Shown here piece after piece: positions 21,803-30,644 of a stretch of DNA of 64,000 bases. The first letter of the stretch is position 1; each line of letters begins with the position of its first letter. A program made the translations under genes and the position numbers. Source of the DNA: an uncultured Thermoleophilia bacterium (GTDB lineage Bacteria; Actinomycetota; Thermoleophilia; UBA2241); assembly GCA_963715985.1 (NCBI GenBank), contig CAVQSP010000014.1, forward strand, positions 746,019 to 810,018, given 5' to 3'. Under the pieces are notes generated by a model that saw nothing but the letters and a program-made list of their open reading frames with translations, made no database searches and was not told the DNA's origin.

Positions 21803-23092
21803 TCACTCCCTCATCGAGACGGCCGGCTCCTGGCGCGACGCGCGCAGCGCCGGCACGAACGCCGCCACCGCGGCCACGGCCAGGGCGATCAGCAGGCCGG
21901 CGACGACCAGCCCGAGCAGGCTGACGAGCGACGGCAACAGGATCGGGAAGCCGAGCGCCGAGACGAGCAGGTTGCGGAACAGGTACATGGCGACGGCGGC
22001 CAGGATGGCGCCGGCGAGGCCGCCGGCCAGCGCCAGCAGGGCGGCCTCGGTCATGTACGCGGAGAGCACGAAGCGCTGGGTGGCGCCGAGCGCCCGCAGC
22101 ACGCCGATCTGCCGGCCCCGGTCGTGGACCGACATCCAGAACACGACCGCCATGAGGGCCAGCGAGAGCACGACGGTGAGGGCGACGATCACGACCAGCG
22201 TGCGCAGCACGCCCGAGATCTGGGAGCCGTACGAGCCGAACATCTCGGCGGCCGGCACCGCCTGCGCCTCGGGCACGGCCGCCGTGATGGCCTTGGCGAC
22301 CTCGCTGCGGTCGGCGCCGGGATCGACCTTGACCAGCACCGACGACACGGTGTCCCGGAGCACGGGGAGCGCCATCTTGGCCTTGGTCTGCGAGGCCGCC
22401 GCCATGGCGTCGGCGGTCGGGAACGTCATGAAGAGGGTCTGGTCGAGGTTGGTGCCCGTCGGCTCGAGGTTGCCGACGAGGTCGAAGTCGTAGCCGTACA
22501 GCTTGATCTTGTCCTGACCGGCGGGCACGAAGACGTCCGAGCCGCCGATCGCCTGGCCCTCCTCGAGGTCGTGGCCGAGCTTGTCCCGGAGCCACGGCTC
22601 GATGGTGAAGTCGGTGACCGGGTCGAAGGCGAACATGAACATCAGCGACACCGAACAGCACGAGGAGTTGGCCATCGAGGTGAGGTAGAGCTGCGGAGAG
22701 GCGGTGGCCACGCCGGGCACCGCCGCGACGCTGTCCACCACACCGCGCGGCATGTAGGTGTTGGTCGCGTTGCCGAGCAGCAGCGCTCCCTCGACGCCGG
22801 TCACGGAGCCGCGCGGCACGACCACCACGTCCGCCCCCAGCCGCTCCCGGGCCAGCCGCAGGCTCTCTTCGCCGCCGCGCGAGATGATCACCGTGCACAG
22901 GACCATGCCGGCGACGAGCAGGGCACACCCGCCGACGAGCCAGCTGCGCAGGGGGTTGCTGGTGATGCCCGTGAGGGCGAGCCTGATGAGCCCGGGAGGC
23001 CTCAGATCGACCGCCTCCGCGAGCGGGCGAAGTGCCCGGTGATGACTGCCGCAGCCATGGCTGACGCCCCCTTGCGCACGTGCGGGCTCCAC
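21803..23092 (-). CDS. ABC transporter permease (MacB/FtsX family); true start probably ATG 23058 with an early indel
   Basis: TM1, large external domain (RLGADVVVVP; LYLTSMANSSCCS), then three TMs with IGVLRALGAT. Confidence 0.9.
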   Translation of the reverse strand: MEPARAQGGVSHGCGSHHRALRPLAEAVDLRPPGLIRLALTGITSNPLRSWLVGGCALLVAGMVLCTVIISRGGEESLRLARERLGADVVVVPRGSVTGVEGALLLGNATNTYMPRGVVDSVAAVPGVATASPQLYLTSMANSSCCSVSLMFMFAFDPVTDFTIEPWLRDKLGHDLEEGQAIGGSDVFVPAGQDKIKLYGYDFDLVGNLEPTGTNLDQTLFMTFPTADAMAAASQTKAKMALPVLRDTVSSVLVKVDPGADRSEVAKAITAAVPEAQAVPAAEMFGSYGSQISGVLRTLVVIVALTVVLSLALMAVVFWMSVHDRGRQIGVLRALGATQRFVLSAYMTEAALLALAGGLAGAILAAVAMYLFRNLLVSALGFPILLPSLVSLLGLVVAGLLIALAVAAVAAFVPALRASRQEPAVSMRE

Positions 23093-23118
23093 CGACGCCG
23101 GAGCCCGCTGAGGTCCTG

Positions 23119-23147
23119 ATTGTATGGTACCGTTTTGAGCCCGTCCA
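23119..23147 (-). promoter_or_regulatory. Housekeeping-sigma promoter of the ABC operon
   Basis: TGGACG-N17-TACAAT. Confidence 0.55.
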
Positions 23148-26100
23148 GAATCGGAAACGGGCGGCGCAACGGCAGGGAGGGCGGTCTGGACGTCCGGGCA
23201 CTCAGGGCAGCAACGGCACTGGCCGTGCTTCTCGTCACGGCCTCTCCGGCCGTTGTCCTGAGCGCCTGCGGCACTCAGGAGGAGGCGCCGCGGGCGGGCG
23301 TCGCCCCGCGCGGCGCGGCCAGCACCGACGCCGGCGTCACCAACGGGGCGATCTCCTACACCACCCGCGACCTGCGCGCCATGATGTTCGAACGACCCAC
23401 GCAGCCGGCCAGGCTGAACGCGGCGTCACGGGCCGCCGAGAAGACGATCGGCCGGCCCTCTCCCCCGCCGCCGCAGCTCGACCCTCTCGCCGAGCCCGAC
23501 TACTTCGGCGGCGCCGCCAACTGGGCCACCAGCCCGCTGCTGCGCAAGTTCGTCGACGCGCTGCCCGGCGTGGGCGCGGCGGCGGCCAACGACTTGGGCC
23601 AGTACATCCCGCTGGCGGTGCCCGACACGATCACGTATCCGGGCTCGGACTACTACGAGCTCGCCGTGCGCCAGTTCGCGGAGCAGCTGCACAGCGACCT
23701 GCCGCCGACGCGCCTGCGCGGCTACGTGCAGCTCAACCGGGGCACGGACGCGCGCGGGCGCAACACGGTGGAGCCCGCCGCCATCCACTACCTCGGGCCG
23801 CTGATCCGCGCGCGCCGCGGACGCCCGGTGCGCATCAAGTTCGTCAACCAGCTGCCGGGCGGCAGCGCCGGCAAGCTCTTCCTGCCGGTGGACACCACCG
23901 TCACCGGCGCCGGCGCCGGCCCCAGGGGCGGCGACCAGACGTACCCGCAGAACAGGGCGTCGCTGCACCTGCAGGGCGGGCTCACGCCGTGGATCAGCGG
24001 GGGCTCGCCGTACCAGTGGATCACGCCGCCCGGCGAGCGCTCGCCCTACGCCGACGGTCCCGGCCTCACCAACGTCCCCGACATGTGGTTCGACGCTCAG
24101 GGGCGGCCCGTCGCCGAGGGCACCCCGGGGGCCACCAACGACCCGGGCCCCGGCGCCACGACCCTGTACTTCCCCAACGACCAGAGCGCCCGCTTCCTCT
24201 ACCTGCACGACGACACCTTCGGCCTCACGCGCCTCAGCGTCTACGCCGGCGAGGCGGCCCCGTACATCATCGGCGATCCCGTGGAGGACGGCCTGGTCGC
24301 GGCGGGCACGGTGCCGGCCGCGGAACTGCCGCTCATGATCGAGGACAAGACCTTCGTTCCCGACCGCGACCAGCTCACGAGGCAGGACCCCACGTGGGAC
24401 GTCGCGCACTGGGGAGGCCGCGGCGCCCTGTGGTACCCGCACGTCTACATGCCGAACCAGAACGCCAAGGACAGAGACGACCTCAACGCGATGGGACGCT
24501 GGGACTACCTCCCCTGGTACTGGCCGGGCTACGAAGGCACCGTGAACGGGCCGGTGCCGAACCCCCTCTTCGGGGCCATCGCCTACCAGCCCAAGAACAA
24601 TCCCGGCACCCCGAACCCGTCCGCGGTCCCCAGCGCCTTCTTCGACACGATGCTCGTCAACGGCACGGCCTACCCCTACGTGACGGTCGCACCCAAGGCG
24701 TACCGGCTGCGCATCCTCAATGCCTGCGCCGACCGCCCTCTCAACCTCCAGCTCTACTACGCGCGGTCGAACCAGATCGCCAAGACGGGTCCTGGAGGCG
24801 AGCCCGAGCTGCAGACCGACTCGGGCGATGTGCCGATGGTGCCGGCGGTGGGAGCGATGGGCGGCGGCCAGCCGGCGAACTGGCCGGTGGACGAGCGCGA
24901 CGGCGGCGTGCCGGACCCGTACGCCGCCGGTCCCACGATGATCCAGATCGGCAGCGACGGCGGCCTCCTTCCGCAGGCCGTGCCGCTGCCGAACACGCCC
25001 GTCGGCTACGAGCGGGAGACGGCCCCGGTGCAGGGCGCGATGGGCGGCGGGATGGGCCAAGGCACCGCCGCCGAACGCCTGATCGTGGGCATCTCCGTGA
25101 GGACGCTGTATCTCGCCCCGGGCGAGCGCGCCGACGTGATCGTCGACTTCTCCGCGGTCCCGAGCGGCTCCAAGCTCATCCTCTACAACGACGCCCCCGC
25201 GCCGGCGCCCGTCGGTGACAGCCGCGTCGACTACTACACCGCCGATCCCGACCTGACCTCGATCGGCGGCGCGGCGACCACGCTGGCCGGCTACGGACCC
25301 AACACGCGCACCATCCTGCAGTTCCAGGTCGAGGGCGCCGCCTCCGCCCCCTTCGACCTCGAGCGCCTGCAGAGCGCGCTGCCGGCCGCCTTCGCGGCCT
25401 CCCAGGACCCGATCCTCGTGCCGACGAGCGCCTACGACGCCGTCTACGACACCCAGTCCACGGTCGGCGTCCCCGCCGAGAAGAAGGGCACGCTGAGGTT
25501 CACGCCGCTGGGCCGCGAGTACGCGCTGACGCTGCCCGTGCAGGGCAAGATGGTGAGCGAGCTGTTCGATCCCACGTACGGACGCAAGACGGCCACCCTG
25601 GGCGTGGACGCACCGCTCGCGGCCAGCGGCAAGAGGACCTCGGTGCCCTACTCGGCCATCGACCCCGCCACGGAGTACGTCGGGGTCGACGTCAAGGCCT
25701 CGGCGCCGCGCCTCGGCGACGGCACGCAGGTGTGGCGCATCACCCACGACGGCACCGAGTCGCACAGCATCGCCTTCGGCGGCTTCGACGTCCAGGTGCT
25801 GGCGCGCGCCAGGCGCGACGGCGAGGCGCGCGCTCCCGACCCCGGCGAGCTGGGCTGGAAGGACACCCTGCGCGTCGACCCGCTCGAGTACGTCCTTGTC
25901 GCTCTCCGGCCCGTGCTGCCGGACCTGCCCTTCAAGCTCCCCGCCAGCGAGCGGCCGCTGGACGTGACGCGGCCGCTCGACAGCGAGGACGGCTTCACCC
26001 AGCTCGATCCGCTCACCGCGGACCCCGCCACGGTGACCAACGTGCCCGCGGACCTCAGCTGGGAGACGTACTGGAGCGTGCACCTGCCGGGCGGCGAGGA

Positions 26101-26423
26101 GAGCCACATGCTGCGGCCGCTGGTCGTGCAGGGCAGCCCCGTGGCCCCGCAGGGAGTGACTGCCAGCGCCGGGGACGGCCCGGCGGTGACGCTCACGTGG
26201 AAGGGGCCCATCTTCCCGCCGCCGCTGGTCCGCTACCTGGTGCAGCGCGCCGCCGACGAGGAGTTCCGGCGCGAGCTCGAGTCCTTCGAGGCCGCGGCCG
26301 ACGGCCTCCTCGCTCACCGACGACACGGTGCTGACCGGCCAGACGTACTTCTACCGGGTGCGGGCCGAGTCGGCGGGCGGCTCCTCGCCGTGGTCGGCGC
26401 CGGCCGAGGTCAGGCAGCCCTGA
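23120..26423 (+). CDS. Lipoprotein multicopper-oxidase paralog with degenerate copper sites and a C-terminal FN3 domain
   Basis: Lipobox VLSAC; collinear with the neighbouring MCO (RKFVD.LPG, LRGYVQ, YRLRILNA, IQIGSDGG, LILYNDAPA, QVWRITH). Cu motifs read HLQG, LHDD, HSIAFG, WSVHLPGGEESHM. One indel near 26310; FN3 frame stops at 26423. Start uncertain. Confidence 0.85.
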
Positions 26424-26430
26424 CGCGTGA

Positions 26431-26464
26431 CCTGTCCTTCCCTGGACAAAAGGCATAGATTTGG
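26431..26464. promoter_or_regulatory. Candidate operator, copy 2 (upstream of the two-component operon)
   Basis: CCTGTCCTTCCCTGGACAAAAGGCATAGATTTGG shares the core AAAGGCATAG(A/G)TTT with copy 1. Confidence 0.55.
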
Positions 26465-26532
26465 CCGGTCGCGGCCGGCCGGAGCCCATGCGGCCGAGAC
26501 TGGTCCGCCGGTAAGCCCGTGAAAGGACCGGT

Positions 26533-28386
26533 GTGAACGCTCCAGTCATCGTCATGGCGATCGTAGCGGGGATCTGCCTGCAGGCGGCGCTCATGCACGG
26601 GCTCGCGGGCGCCGCGCGGCGCCCGCGCGACACCGTGCGTATCGCGTTCGCCTTTCAGGCGCTCGCCGTCTCCGCCGGCGCACTCTCGCTCATCGCCATG
26701 TACTCGGCGAGCACCCCCCAGGCACACATGGCCGCCATGAAGTGGGGCCTCTTCCCCGCCGGGGTCGCGTGGACGATAGCCAGCGTGTGGCTGGTCGCGT
26801 TCTACACCGGCGTCCGCCCGATGCGCTGGCTCCTCGCGCTCACCGCGGCGCTCTGCGCTTTCGTCGTCGTGGACCTCGCGCTCCCGACCGGGCTGTTGCA
26901 CGACAGTGCCGGTGCGATCACGAGGACCAGCATGGCGGGAACGCACGTCTCCATCATGGTCATGCCCCACCCGCACCCCTTGAACCCCCTTGCCGACGGG
27001 GTGACCCTCCTGGCGTTCGCGTTCATGTTCTACGCGGCGTGGCGCGTGCACCGTCGCGGCGAACACCGCAGAGCGTGGTTCGTGGCCGCCGTCGTGTTCG
27101 TCCTCCTGGTGGTGAACATCGCGGACGCGCTCCAGGCCTACGGCGCGGCGTGGGACGTGTATCTCACGCAGCTCGCGTTCGCGGCGCTCGTCATCGGCGT
27201 GAGCGTCGCGCTCCGCCGGCAGTCTTCACGCACGGAGGCGGAGCTCTCCGGCTACCGCAGCCATCTCGAGGCCCTCGTGGATGAGCGGATGCGCGACCTC
27301 GAAGACGCGCACGAACGACTGGCGCAGGAGTCGCGGGAGCGGCTTGCCACCGCGGCGGCGCTGCGACGGCGTGTGGCCGAACTGGACGCTCTGCAGCACA
27401 TCTCACGGATGCTCGCCGACCGCAGTGACCTGGACACGGTGCTGCGCGAGATCGCGCCCCGGATCGCGGCCTTTCTGGAAGCCGACCAGGTGCGGGTCGT
27501 CCTGACCGGGGGCGGGGCCGAGGGCGCCGGCCGCGCGGATGGTCACCAGCCCGGGCCGCACCTGGAGCCGGCGGACGGCCTGCTCGTCGTGCCGCTCGTG
27601 GCGCGCGGCCACACGGTCGGCGCGCTCCACATCACGAGGGACGACGAGGCGCCGTTCTCCGACCAGGAGCGCCGTCTGGCCCAGACCGTGGCCGACGACG
27701 TGGCGGCCGCCGTGGAGAACGAACTGCTGCACGCGCAGCAGACGCGAGAGGCCACGGAGGAGGAGCGCCAGCGGCTGGCCCGCGACCTTCACGACGCCGT
27801 CTCGCAGACGGTCTACTCCGCGGTGCTCATCGCCGAGGCCCTGCCCGCCGTGTGGGCGCGGGACCAGGCTGAGGGGATGGAGAATCTCGCACGCCTGCAA
27901 CGCCTCGTGAGGGCCGCGCTGGCCGAGATGCGCGCCCTCCTCTACGAGCTGAGGCCGGCCGCTCTCGAGGCCGCTCCGCTCGGGAGCCTTCTCGACCGCC
28001 TGGGCGACATGTTCGCCGGCCAGCTGCAGGGCACTGTCACCGTACGTTCGAGCGGAGATCTCGACCTGCCGCCCGACGCCAAGCTCGTGCTCTACCGCGT
28101 GACCCAGGAGGCGCTGAGCAATATCCTCAAGCACGCTCACGCCAGCGAAGCGGACGTGGAAGTGATCGCGGAAGACGGCGTGGTGTCGCTGTACATCACG
28201 GACGACGGGACGGGCTTCGACCTCCGCACGGTCAGCCCGTCGGGGATGGGCCTGCGGATGATGCGCGAGCGTCTGGAGGGAGCGGGCGGCTCGTTCGCCA
28301 TCGAGAGCGCGCCAGGCCGGGGGACGACCATCAGGGCCGTCATCCCCGGCAGAATCGACGTCCAGGCGTCGGCGAAGGCGGTGTGA
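26533..28386 (+). CDS. Membrane sensor histidine kinase (multi-TM, GAF, HisKA_3, HATPase)
   Basis: About 7 TMs; ERQRLARDLHDAVSQ; QEALSNILKHAHA; DDGTGF; GMGLRMMRER. Confidence 0.92.
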   Translation: MNAPVIVMAIVAGICLQAALMHGLAGAARRPRDTVRIAFAFQALAVSAGALSLIAMYSASTPQAHMAAMKWGLFPAGVAWTIASVWLVAFYTGVRPMRWLLALTAALCAFVVVDLALPTGLLHDSAGAITRTSMAGTHVSIMVMPHPHPLNPLADGVTLLAFAFMFYAAWRVHRRGEHRRAWFVAAVVFVLLVVNIADALQAYGAAWDVYLTQLAFAALVIGVSVALRRQSSRTEAELSGYRSHLEALVDERMRDLEDAHERLAQESRERLATAAALRRRVAELDALQHISRMLADRSDLDTVLREIAPRIAAFLEADQVRVVLTGGGAEGAGRADGHQPGPHLEPADGLLVVPLVARGHTVGALHITRDDEAPFSDQERRLAQTVADDVAAAVENELLHAQQTREATEEERQRLARDLHDAVSQTVYSAVLIAEALPAVWARDQAEGMENLARLQRLVRAALAEMRALLYELRPAALEAAPLGSLLDRLGDMFAGQLQGTVTVRSSGDLDLPPDAKLVLYRVTQEALSNILKHAHASEADVEVIAEDGVVSLYITDDGTGFDLRTVSPSGMGLRMMRERLEGAGGSFAIESAPGRGTTIRAVIPGRIDVQASAKAV

Positions 28387-28387
28387 C

Positions 28388-29020
28388 ATGAGCGATCCCC
28401 AGCGGATCAGAGTGATGATCGTGGACGACCACGTCATGGTCCGCGAGGGCCTCAAGGTACTGCTGTCCACGGCGCCCGACCTCGAGGTCGTCGGCGAGGC
28501 GGCCACGGGCGAGGAGGCCGTGCGGCTGGTGCCGCTGGTCGAGCCCGACGTGGTGCTCATGGACATCGTCATGCCGGTGATGAACGGCGCCGAGGCGACG
28601 GCCCGCATCAAGAAGGACCATCCCCTGGTCCAGGTGGTCGCCCTGACCAACTACGCCGACGGCGACCTCGTCGAGCAGACCCTCTCGGCGGGGGCGATCA
28701 GCTACCTGCTCAAGGACTCGCGACCGGACGCGCTGGCGCAGGCGATCCGTGACGCGCGCCGCGGCCGCGGCACCATCGACAGCAGCGCCATGCACTCGGT
28801 GATGACCCGCCAGCAGGACGAGCTCGGCAAGGACCTCACCCACCGCGAGCGGGAGGTGCTCGTCCTGCTCGCCGCCGGCATGAGCAACAAGGAGATCGCC
28901 GAGGAGCTGACCCTGAGCGTCGGGACCGTGCGCCTTCACGTGAGCAACATCCTCACCAAGCTCGAGGCACCGAACCGCACGAGTGCGGCCATCCTCGCCG
29001 TCAAGCACGGTCTCGCCTGA
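28388..29020 (+). CDS. NarL/LuxR-family response regulator
   Basis: IVDDH, VVLMDIVMP, YLLKD; LTHREREVL...SNKEIA...HVSNILTKL. Confidence 0.95.
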   Translation: MSDPQRIRVMIVDDHVMVREGLKVLLSTAPDLEVVGEAATGEEAVRLVPLVEPDVVLMDIVMPVMNGAEATARIKKDHPLVQVVALTNYADGDLVEQTLSAGAISYLLKDSRPDALAQAIRDARRGRGTIDSSAMHSVMTRQQDELGKDLTHREREVLVLLAAGMSNKEIAEELTLSVGTVRLHVSNILTKLEAPNRTSAAILAVKHGLA

Positions 29021-29155
29021 CGCTCTGGGGCGGCCGCCCTGCCGTACCAGCCGCGGAGCCTCCCGCGGTTTGCGGTAGACTGCGGCTGAGTCCCTAGGCG
29101 CACGAAACTTGTCGACGGGCGTCTGGCCGGTACCCGGACGGTTGAGGAGCGTCAC

Positions 29156-29804
29156 GTGCCCGCGCTGAGCGATCACCCCCGCGTCACCAGGAGCGCCCCG
29201 TGGGTGGGCGGTACCCTGATGCTGGTCGTCGCCGCCCTGCTCCTCTACGCGTTCACCGGCGCGGCCGCCAGCGAGCCCTCGAAGTCGGCCCAGCCCAACG
29301 CCGACGACATCTCGTATGGGCCGGCGGACGCGCAGCTCTCGGTCATCGAGTACTCCGACTTCGAGTGCCCGTTCTGCGCGCAGTACGCCGACGTGGCTGT
29401 CGACCCTGCGCGAGCGGTACGGGGACAGGGTCCAGTTCGTCTATCGCTTCTTCCCGCTGGCCAACCACAAGTACGCCACCATCGCCGCCAAGGTCGCCTA
29501 CGCGGCGTCCCTGCAGGGCAAGTTCTGGGAGATGCACGACCTCCTGTTCAAGAACCAGACGGAGTGGTCGGAGTCGGACGACCCCCGGCCCTTCTTCGAC
29601 TCCTACGCCCAGGAGATCGGTCTGGACCTCGACAGGTTCCACAAGGACGCCGACGCGCAGTCCACGACGGACTTCATCGCGGCGCAGGCCGCGGAGGGCA
29701 AGGCGGCAGGTGTCAAACACACGCCCTGGTTCGTGGTCGGCGACGAGGTCGTGCTGCCACGGAGCCTCGAGGAGTTCGACAAGCTCATCCGGGAGGCGCT
29801 GTGA
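29156..29804 (+). CDS. Membrane-anchored DsbA-family thiol-disulfide oxidoreductase (one frameshift near 29390)
   Basis: N-terminal TM; EYSDFECPFC; YRFFPL; QGKFWEMHDLLF; GVKHTPWF. Confidence 0.9.
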
Positions 29805-30277
29805 CGAGCGGCGAGACCGCGCGCCCGCGCCGCTGGGTCCCGTGGCTGCTCACGGCCCTGGCCTTCGCCGGGTTCGTGATCTCGCTGTACCTCACGTTCG
29901 TGCACTACCGCGGCTACGTCTCGCCGTGCTACGTGGTGCACGGCTGTGAGACGGTGCAGACCAGCAAGTACTCCGTGGTCCTGGGCGTGCCGCTGGCGCT
30001 CCTCGGCACGATCTTCTTCGGTCTCATGTTCTACCTGGGTATCGCTCTGTTGACGGTCTCGCGATCCGCGGTAGTGACGGTGTTCCGGCTGCTGGCCTTC
30101 GCGGGCGCCATCGCGATCATCCCGCTCTTCCTGCTCCAGGCCATCGTCCTCAAGGCGTTCTGCACGTACTGCGTCGCCACCGAGGCGATCATGCTTGCGC
30201 TGTGGCTCGTGGCCTTCCTGCTGCCCGCCGCGGCTCCCGGGAGGGAGCCCGCGGAGGCAGAAGCACAAGCGGAGTGA
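29801..30277 (+). CDS. Vitamin K epoxide reductase (VKOR) family protein
   Basis: GTGA overlap with dsbA; PCYVVHGCETVQTSKYS...GVP; FCTYC. Confidence 0.9.
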   Translation: MTSGETARPRRWVPWLLTALAFAGFVISLYLTFVHYRGYVSPCYVVHGCETVQTSKYSVVLGVPLALLGTIFFGLMFYLGIALLTVSRSAVVTVFRLLAFAGAIAIIPLFLLQAIVLKAFCTYCVATEAIMLALWLVAFLLPAAAPGREPAEAEAQAE

Positions 30278-30332
30278 CCGGGGGTCAGCTCCGGGCGCCA
30301 GTCAGCTCGTCGGGGGCCGGACGGCTTGAAGC

Positions 30333-30476
30333 TCAGTGCGGAGCCGCGACGACGAAGAACAGTGCGAGCGCGACGAGAAAGGCGACCATCCCGCCGCTCG
30401 CCACAGCCGCCCCGAACGCCTCGCCGCGGGCGCGCTCTACCACCTGCACACGCTCCCGTGGTGGGATCCTCTCCAT
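30333..30476 (-). CDS. Small (47 aa) membrane protein of unknown function
   Basis: AGGAGG RBS; MERIPPRERVQVVERARGEAFG followed by one C-terminal TM. Confidence 0.55.
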   Translation of the reverse strand: MERIPPRERVQVVERARGEAFGAAVASGGMVAFLVALALFFVVAAPH

Positions 30477-30529
30477 GTTGCGCCTCCTGCGCGTCTCAGG
30501 CATCGCCGAGGACTCTTCGACTCCTCCAT

Positions 30530-30556
30530 ACATCGGCGCGACAGGCGCGGACCTTA
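30530..30556 (-). promoter_or_regulatory. Sigma-28 (FliA/WhiG)-type promoter of the small protein
   Basis: TAAGG-N14-GCCGATGT. Confidence 0.6.
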
Positions 30557-30644
30557 CTAGAACAAGTGTTGGGCCGCGCGCTGGGCCGGCGGCGACCACA
30601 CGAGGCGGCGCGGCCCCGACGCGTCGGCGCCGTTGGGCGCGACT

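Noticed and set aside
18100-26326. Long antisense ORFs (18100-20709 +, 23426-26326 -) and similar shadow ORFs
   Set aside because: They lie opposite real high-GC3 genes, have no recognisable motifs, and are expected in GC-rich DNA.
29156-30277. DsbA-VKOR fusion protein suggested by the 373-aa ORF
   Set aside because: The middle of that ORF is out of frame; the true DsbA C-half is in 29316-29804 and stops at a GTGA overlap with VKOR.
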